A DNA stretch of 16,309 nt from Oligoflexia bacterium (lineage in GTDB: Bacteria > Bdellovibrionota > Bdellovibrionia > JABDDW01). Of this stretch, positions 1 through 6,800 are shown piece by piece. Made by a program: the position numbers and the translations under genes. Within the stretch, counting starts at the first letter, position 1. Each line of letters opens with the position of its first letter. The stretch covers positions 1-16,309 of the forward strand of contig JAYTHU010000050.1 in assembly GCA_043732305.1 (NCBI GenBank). Reading direction: 5' to 3'. The notes under the pieces are model-generated. The model was not told the origin of the DNA and made no database searches. It was given only the letters and a program-made list of their open reading frames with translations.

Positions 1-119
1 AAATGCGCGTTGGTCTGGAATACGATCGCGTCAGCACTCATTACGTGGACAACGCCAATGTCACAAATACTTTTGCCGTCGACAATCGCGTGCAAGTCAG
101 TGGCTGGTTTCGGTTCTAA
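1..119 (+). CDS. 3' end of a probable outer-membrane beta-barrel protein (partial, runs off the left edge; not in the ORF track)
   Basis: The frame from base 3 reads MRVGLEYDRVSTHYVDNANVTNTFAVDNRVQVSGWFRF-stop (TAA 117-119). The alternating hydrophobic/polar strands and terminal W-F-R-F fit the C-terminal beta-signal of Gram-negative OMPs. Confidence 0.7.
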   Translation, partial: MRVGLEYDRVSTHYVDNANVTNTFAVDNRVQVSGWFRF

Positions 120-200
120 CACACTATGCTATTTTGATTGATTTTTCCCCTGGGGCTCGTGTATAAGAGCCTAATTAAATTTAACCAGGAGAAATTTCGA

Positions 201-899
201 ATGAGACTTTTATCTGTATTGGCGAGTATGCTTCTTGTCAGCACCTTGGCCTTCGGTGCAAGCACCAAAATTAAAAAAGTTAAAAGAACAATTAACGACG
301 ATGGTTCCGTAACCACAACAACAACAGAGTCGTCATCTAGACTTTCAATTTACAAAGCTCGTGACACCGAACGTTTCGTTCGACGTATCATGCCCACAAT
401 TGGTTTGAACATTGCTGACACCACCATTAAAACAAGTGGAATGCGCACTGGTTTTGGCTTTGGTGGACTAATGGATCTCTGGGGTCAGCATGAGTGGGTG
501 TTGGAGACTGGCGTTCTCTATCGCCAACTAGGAACTAGCAACCAAGGAACGACCTTGGCTCTGAATTACATTAACGTTCCTATTTCTGCGAAATATTATT
601 TCATGGGACAAAATTCTAACACTATTTATTTCAAAGGCGGAATTACCCCCGGTTTTAATGTGGCCGCTACACAATCCACTGACACTACCAGCACAAACGT
701 GAGTAAAGATGTCAACACCTTCGACGTAGGAGTCATTGTTGGGATTGGCGGCCGTTATCTACTTTCTGATTCTGCGAGCATATTTTTGGAAGGTAATTAC
801 AACCGCGGTTTGGCCAATGTTATGAATACAACTGACGGCGAATCTTCCGTAAATACTTTGGCGTTTGGCGTGATGACCGGAGTCAGTATCGAATTGTAG
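201..899 (+). CDS. Small outer-membrane beta-barrel protein (PorT/OmpA-like barrel, OMP_b-brl type), about 232 aa, with signal peptide
   Basis: Start moved from 138 to ATG 201 because AGGAGA (187-192) precedes it and MRLLSVLASMLLVSTLAFG is a signal peptide. Typical barrel strands follow: LETGVLYRQLG, LNYINVPISAKYY, FDVGVIVGIGGRY, IFLEGNYNRGL, GVMTGVSIEL. Confidence 0.8.
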   Translation: MRLLSVLASMLLVSTLAFGASTKIKKVKRTINDDGSVTTTTTESSSRLSIYKARDTERFVRRIMPTIGLNIADTTIKTSGMRTGFGFGGLMDLWGQHEWVLETGVLYRQLGTSNQGTTLALNYINVPISAKYYFMGQNSNTIYFKGGITPGFNVAATQSTDTTSTNVSKDVNTFDVGVIVGIGGRYLLSDSASIFLEGNYNRGLANVMNTTDGESSVNTLAFGVMTGVSIEL

Positions 900-938
900 C
901 GCTTAGCTGCGTCGCAGTAATTACAATATATTTTTGAT

Positions 939-968
939 AGGGCCCGCTGAAAAGTGGGCCTTCTTTTT
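939..968 (+). terminator. Rho-independent terminator
   Basis: AGGGCCCGCT-GAAA-AGTGGGCCTT stem-loop (two G-U pairs, GNRA loop) followed by CTTTTT, 40 nt after the OMP stop. Confidence 0.85.
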
Positions 969-1096
969 GAACTAAATTCTCACGGGCCATAAAAAAAATT
1001 CATGAAACGGGTATTTTCATTTTTCATCGCTCGTATCTATTGCTTTGATATTTTGTAAATCACAATGTGCTCGAAACCCTTGTCCCGTTTTGCAAA

Positions 1097-1113
1097 TCAG
1101 AGAGGCTCTCTGA
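1097..1113. promoter_or_regulatory. Perfect 8-bp inverted repeat; candidate enhancer-binding-protein site
   Basis: TCAGAGAG-G-CTCTCTGA, about 105-120 bp upstream of the sigma-54 element. The function is inferred from position only. Confidence 0.35.
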
Positions 1114-1218
1114 GGGGCAATCGCAGAGTGAGTCTTTAATATTAAACCTATAGATTTTTTTCCGGATCTTAAAATTACTGAGAACTTTTTTACATAGTAG
1201 GGCACCTTCAGGTCATCA

Positions 1219-1234
1219 GGGCACGCCCATTGCA
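1219..1234 (+). promoter_or_regulatory. Sigma-54 (RpoN) -24/-12 promoter
   Basis: GGGCACGCCCATTGCA versus consensus TGGCACG-N4-TTGCW. GG (1220-1221) and GC (1232-1233) are exactly 10 nt apart, and the element ends 35 nt before the ATG at 1270. Confidence 0.8.
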
Positions 1235-1269
1235 ATTAGGTATTTCAAACTAATACACGGGGTGGGAAA

Positions 1270-3813
1270 ATGCGTACAAATTTATTTGTAGTATTGCTAG
1301 TGGGATCTATTTGTTTAGGGGCGATTCAACCGGCAAATTCGGGAGAACTAACTCCGCACGATTTTAAAAAAATGTGCGGAGAATATCTCATGGATCTCGG
1401 AAGTGATTCGAAATCAAGTAAGAGTCAAAAACATGATTTGCGTACGGCTGCAATTGTCGAGGAACATCCGTTCAGTGTTCTCCTTGATCCAGAATTTGTG
1501 CGTGCGCATCCGCTCATGCTCATGAGTTCTGATCAAATGGCACTTGCCGCCATCAATATTGCTGGGGTTGAGGAAGTTCTTGATCCAATCACTGGTGCAA
1601 ATAAAGTGAAGCGATATAAGCTTTTCTCCGATGGTGGGGATCTCACCAGTGGTAGTCGAGTCGTTGGAGCTTTGGATACCATTCAAAGTTTAGTGAACGG
1701 ACTTGCCGCCGGGGCTTCTGGTCATGATTCCGGAAAGTCTTTGAAGATTGTCGTGGCAGGACCCGGAACTGGAAAATCAGTTCTTCTCACGACTATAAAC
1801 AATGCGCTTAAAAAATTGTCACTCACCGAACCTAAGATGTTTCAGTACACATTCGAAATGACCAACTTAGACAAAATCCCAGAGGTAAAAAATCTTTTTG
1901 ATCAAATTCGCGTGGAAGGATCTTCTACGCCAATGCGCTCTCAGATCAATGATTTTCCTTTCGCACTTTTGCCGGAATCTTTGCAGAAAGCATATGTCGA
2001 AAAGTTTACCCCCGAGGTGATTGCGCTTTGTGGATATCCTCCCATTGCAAAGTTTGAATCAGAAGGCCAAGCACGTCGTATTCGCGACATGATCATGATC
2101 CATTATTCTCGAACTGAAAATGCCGGAAAACCTCTTAGCATTGAGCAAGAACTCTACTATTTAAGTAAACACGTTGTGCTGAAACGTAATATTCCTGGCG
2201 ATGATGGCGGAAGTTTAATTCTGCCAGCGCAAGGAAAACAAATTGATACAACGGGATTATTCTTCAAGCAAAATCCACTAGCGATTGGACTTGAAGGTGC
2301 AAACGCTGTTTTTTCTTATGCAGCTACCGGGATTTTTCCAAGATCCAATAACCAAGTTTTCATCATGGATGAAGCTGGAAAATATCCCCCTGACTTGCAT
2401 GCTAAAATGCTCACGTTTACTCAAGACAAGACAATTCAAGAAGGTGGGTCTCCTACTCTATTTATCAATTCAACTTTGATTGCGGCAACCAACACCAAGG
2501 ACATTCAGCGATTGAAAGCGGAAGACCCTGACTCCGCTCTTTTGTCCCGCTCTTGGATGATCAATATGCCTTGGCACTTGGATCCAGTTCTGGAAGCAGA
2601 AACAATTGCTTACGGAATGAAAGATCTCATGATGCAAAAACTTGGAGATCCTAATGCTCCTATTTTGAAGGCTTCAGAACATTTGCAAGAACTTTTCCCT
2701 CATCACGTTTTTGGACATGAAGCGGTGACATCTGATGGAAGATATCGCCTTTGGGTTGGAAGTGGTGAGAGCCGTGTAGAAATCAGTCCAAAAGCTTTGT
2801 TGTTTGCGGGGGCTGTTCCTGCTCTGACTCGTCAGTTTTTCATCACTCAAGAGGAGCTAGAAGCTGAAAATAATCAAGTAGCAAAAAATTATCCATTCCT
2901 GACTAAGCCTTTGTTGAATGACCGAGTTGCTAGACTCCGCGCTTGGATCGGTCTCACGCCTGTCGATCAGCAAATTGCAATTTCTTACAAGCGTCTAAGT
3001 GCAAAGCACAAAGAAGGGTCCTTTGGTTTTGGCAACAGAGACTCCAGTCGCTGGTTTGAAGCGGCCATTGCGCGAGCAAGAATGCCCGGCGGTGGAAAAA
3101 GTGTGACCGTAGGCCTGCTTGATAAAACTCTCGGTGAAATCACAATCGATCATCCATTAACAGATATTGTTAAAGACGATGACGGAAAAGATCGGTATTC
3201 GAAAACTTTCTTGGTTGGAATGATTAAGCTTTCAGATTTGTTAAAAACTCAGGTCTTCATTCCGCAAATGAAGAAAGATGTGATGAGTGCAATTGTTCTC
3301 GATCAAGATGAATCCATCAAAGATATCTATCGGGACGTGATTCAAGCACTGGCTGCAAAAGGTGCAAACCCAAGTGCTCAAGAGTTTTCAGACGTTATTT
3401 CTGGAACAACTAAGCCTATCATTGAAGGACAGTTGACTGAGATTCGCGTGATCTATGCAGAACAAAATGGGGGACGCGGGCTTTCTGCTGAGGAAATAAA
3501 TAACTGGCATGTTATTTTTGGATTGAGCGAAAGAAACAACGGTTTTGCTATAGATCCCAAACATGCACTGAACCAGTCATTGCTTTCTGCCGTTGCTCAA
3601 TATCATGCAAATCAAATGGCTGCGGCGTGGGCTACAACTGTTGATCGGTTGCTCCGAGTGGCGACAGGAAAACAGACGGGCACCCCTGATGAAATTCAAA
3701 TGGCTACCGATATGATTCGCAAACTGAAACTCAATCTTGGTTATAGCGAGCAAAGCATAAAGGAAGTTCTCCAAGTCATGCTCGTGGACGCTAACACCAA
3801 ACGCGGAAAGTGA
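1270..3813 (+). CDS. prkA: Divergent PrkA/YeaG-family AAA+ ATPase (annotated as a serine protein kinase family), 847 aa, with N-terminal signal peptide
   Basis: Walker A AGPGTGKS (1756-1779), Walker B VFIMDE (2356-2373) and ALLSR arginine finger (R at 2548). PrkA-like blocks occur in family order: KRYKLF, FSY..G.F.RSN, LHAKMLTFTQD, LIAATN, INMPWHL...E, ISPKAL....ALTR, EGSFGFGNR, GYSEQSIKEVL. A SpoVR/YeaH gene lies in the same operon. Confidence 0.85.
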   Translation: MRTNLFVVLLVGSICLGAIQPANSGELTPHDFKKMCGEYLMDLGSDSKSSKSQKHDLRTAAIVEEHPFSVLLDPEFVRAHPLMLMSSDQMALAAINIAGVEEVLDPITGANKVKRYKLFSDGGDLTSGSRVVGALDTIQSLVNGLAAGASGHDSGKSLKIVVAGPGTGKSVLLTTINNALKKLSLTEPKMFQYTFEMTNLDKIPEVKNLFDQIRVEGSSTPMRSQINDFPFALLPESLQKAYVEKFTPEVIALCGYPPIAKFESEGQARRIRDMIMIHYSRTENAGKPLSIEQELYYLSKHVVLKRNIPGDDGGSLILPAQGKQIDTTGLFFKQNPLAIGLEGANAVFSYAATGIFPRSNNQVFIMDEAGKYPPDLHAKMLTFTQDKTIQEGGSPTLFINSTLIAATNTKDIQRLKAEDPDSALLSRSWMINMPWHLDPVLEAETIAYGMKDLMMQKLGDPNAPILKASEHLQELFPHHVFGHEAVTSDGRYRLWVGSGESRVEISPKALLFAGAVPALTRQFFITQEELEAENNQVAKNYPFLTKPLLNDRVARLRAWIGLTPVDQQIAISYKRLSAKHKEGSFGFGNRDSSRWFEAAIARARMPGGGKSVTVGLLDKTLGEITIDHPLTDIVKDDDGKDRYSKTFLVGMIKLSDLLKTQVFIPQMKKDVMSAIVLDQDESIKDIYRDVIQALAAKGANPSAQEFSDVISGTTKPIIEGQLTEIRVIYAEQNGGRGLSAEEINNWHVIFGLSERNNGFAIDPKHALNQSLLSAVAQYHANQMAAAWATTVDRLLRVATGKQTGTPDEIQMATDMIRKLKLNLGYSEQSIKEVLQVMLVDANTKRGK

Positions 3814-3830
3814 TCGGCAGGTAGTATAAA

Positions 3831-6800
3831 ATGCGATTGATTTTTTTAGTTTTTGCTCTTGTTTTTGTAATCACTGGCTCTGGACTGAATTCCGCTTGGG
3901 CAAATCGCGAAGAGACGAGTGGAAGTCCTTATCTGGTAGTCGTGGAAGATCAGCAAGGACAGTCAAGTCGCAAACCTGGAATTTATAAACGTGACAGCAC
4001 AGGCAAGTGGCTTCCTCTGATCATGGGAAAAGTCAGTTCCCTGAGTGCTGTTGGACAATATTACTTGCCTCTCGAAAATTTTAAAAAGAATCTCAGGTTC
4101 GATTCTCTGGCTATAGTTGACAGGCGAGTTCATATTTTTAATATCAACAGTGAAATGTCTGTTAGTAGTTCAATTCTAATCTTAGATGGCTCTAGTGGCC
4201 AAGGTCACATGCAGGTCCTTGACCCACTTACCTCTCAGAGTATTGAAGTTCCGCTTATCAATACCCCTCAAGAATTTGCATTCACAAGTGTTCCTCTGCA
4301 ATTTATTGTCAGCAAATTAGATAAAATTGGTGAAGTGCTTCTTTTGTCTATTCACAGCCCCCATTTACACGGAGATGGTGTGACCTTTCCGGTATTTTTA
4401 GGCGAGCATGAGACACCCTCGAGCGCTCCAAAGGTAGTAAATGCTTCTCATTTATTAGAAGGTAAATTTCGAGATGGAATCCAGTTGTCTCGACGCATTT
4501 TAGGAAGTGAGAAAAGCCGGACTCCCACTGGGTATTTGAGCCAGCAAGTCATCAACCAGTACGCTAGGGTGCTTCCTGGTGATGGACCAGAAATAGAGTC
4601 CTGGAGAAACAATGTCCATGCTAAGGGCGAAAATATCTTCAACTTACCTCCTTCTGAATATCGTGAATTGCCTCAAGTCAGCATATTCAACGGCGAAACT
4701 GTAACTCCTAAAATTCCCACACTCGTTCTTGCTAAGTATCCCGATGTTGAGATCAGATACATTTGGGACCCAAAGGGTCTTCTCTCTGGGGTTTACGTAG
4801 TTCCAAGCACCGGTGATACCAATTTTGGTTTTATCCTTAGTAACGTCGTTCAGCACAAATGCTTGTTTCTTGGAAATATTTCGCATGATTCTTTGGGCTT
4901 TTCTAAAAATGTCTATGCCGAAATCGGAATTTACTCGTTTACAGATGATGTAGGTGGAATTCATTTGATCCAGGCGCCTAGCAAATCTGAACCTGCGATC
5001 GTGAATTTGAAACCTCCTTCAGATCTTGAAGTGATCGAAAAAAGTTTTCATATTGATCGTGAAGATCAAAACATTATTGCTTCATGGGGATATAAAAACG
5101 GTTCCTCTAGCACATATCTTTACCATTACATTCTAAGTGTCCCAGAATCGTATATCAAGATCATTAGCATGACTGAGATATCTAGAAAATATTTCAACTA
5201 CGCCAATCTGCTTTTTCGCACGTCAAGGCACAACGGTAAGACCTATTTTGATACGGATACACCGGCCCTTGATACTAAAGCGACTTACGCCTTAGCTCAT
5301 GACTTGAGTTCATCTCATGTGGATTTAGAAGAAAGCGCTAAACATAATACCTTGATATTAAAGTCCTTGCGCGCCACAAAACAAACGGTCTTACTTGAAA
5401 GCTTAAAATATCTTGAATACCAAAATGTTAAATCTAGCATCACTATGAGTGGGATTTATGAAGCCAGTGACGAAAAACAGTTGGTTAGCACACAGGTTCT
5501 GGAACCAATTCATATTCCTCTCTACATTCCTGGAACTTTTGTTTTGCAAAAGAAAAGAATCGTTCTTCTGAAGCAAAATATTCCGACTTCCATAGACATG
5601 GCGATTGTTCTTTCTGACGCCTCTCGAATGAATGGACAGAGTAATTTTCAAGCGAATCTCCTTCTGGCGAGTAAAGGTAAAGTTTTTTTGGCAAAACTCG
5701 CGACCATCGATTATCCTCTGGCATCTTTAGAAGATATAGAGATCCACGTCCCCTTCTTTAATAACGCCACCTCCGACCAAATGCTCGCTTACGTAAAAAT
5801 TAAAGATCAGGGTGTATTCCCCATTCCCTTCACGGTCTCGAAAGATGAATCTTTAGAAGCTAGATTCACTCAGACTATTTTAAATAGAGATTCCTTCAAG
5901 TTGTTTTCTGGCCAATCAATAGCTTCCAAAGCAAATATTTTATCTCGATTGAGATATGATAAGAACGGTGCGATTTATTGGGTGCTTACTGGCGAAGTCT
6001 CCGATTCTGAACCAGGCTTTACGATCAGAAATTTAATTACAGGCGAAACTGTCAATCATCACAACATGAAAATTTCTTTGTTTCAAGCAGGCAAGCCTGT
6101 GGAATCAAACACTGGAGCTTCATCCTGGCGCTACTATGTTCCTGATTTAAAAGATCCGGTTGGTTCCAGTCAGAGATACAAAACTGATTTGTTTTCCAAT
6201 TTTAAAAATCTTCTTGAGGACATGGCTGATCCCCGAAAACCACCGCAACGTGTGGTTATGATTGTGCCCGAAGATATCAAGCAATATGCAGCAAGTTACC
6301 CGCTAGCGCTTTATTTAAAGCATCATGATCGAAGTGCGCAATGGAGCCGAGACAGTTCCGGCATGAAGCTTTTTGTTCCTCGTGATAACTATTTTTCGCA
6401 AGAGGATGTTCTGCAAAATTTCTCAGTGATGGAGCAGAATGAAATTGCCGGCAGGTCTCGTTCTTTTTTCTACGGTGTCCTTTCGCATTTTTCACAAAAA
6501 GCAAAGCCTGAGCCGAAGAATCCGGAAGATGAAAAAACATTTACTATTCTAGAGCCCAAACTCTCGGAAAATATGTTTGACGAGGCTTCTGCCGATGGAA
6601 AAGTAGTCACCGATAATTCTGATAAAGTAAACCCTCACTTTTTGTATCTGCTTGTGACGGAAGGTCATCATGTGCCTATAGAAAAATTTGTGGCGCAGAA
6701 ATGGGATCATCCCAAAATTTCATCTCTCATCATTGCTACAAAAGAAGAGTGGGACGCCTATATAACCAAAGAGTCTTTTGAAGATAAGCTTAACCTTAAA

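Noticed and set aside
138..167. Possible sigma-70 promoter TTGATT-N18-TATAAG
   Set aside because: The -10 box lacks the conserved final T and the region is AT-rich, so support is too weak.
138..200. N-terminal extension of the OMP ORF in the ORF track
   Set aside because: The RBS and signal peptide both point to ATG 201, so the extension is probably promoter and UTR sequence.
1199..1224. Direct repeat AGGGCAC (1199-1205 and 1218-1224) as a second sigma-54 site
   Set aside because: The first copy has no GC at the -12 position, and a 7-bp repeat can arise by chance.
1017..1235. 72-aa minus-strand ORF in the intergenic region
   Set aside because: No recognisable motif, and it overlaps the sigma-54 promoter and the palindrome. 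Probably spurious.
1306..1314. Lipoprotein lipobox at Cys15 of PrkA
   Set aside because: G-S-I-C does not fit [LVI][ASTVI][GAS]C, and an SPI site (A-N-S) follows.
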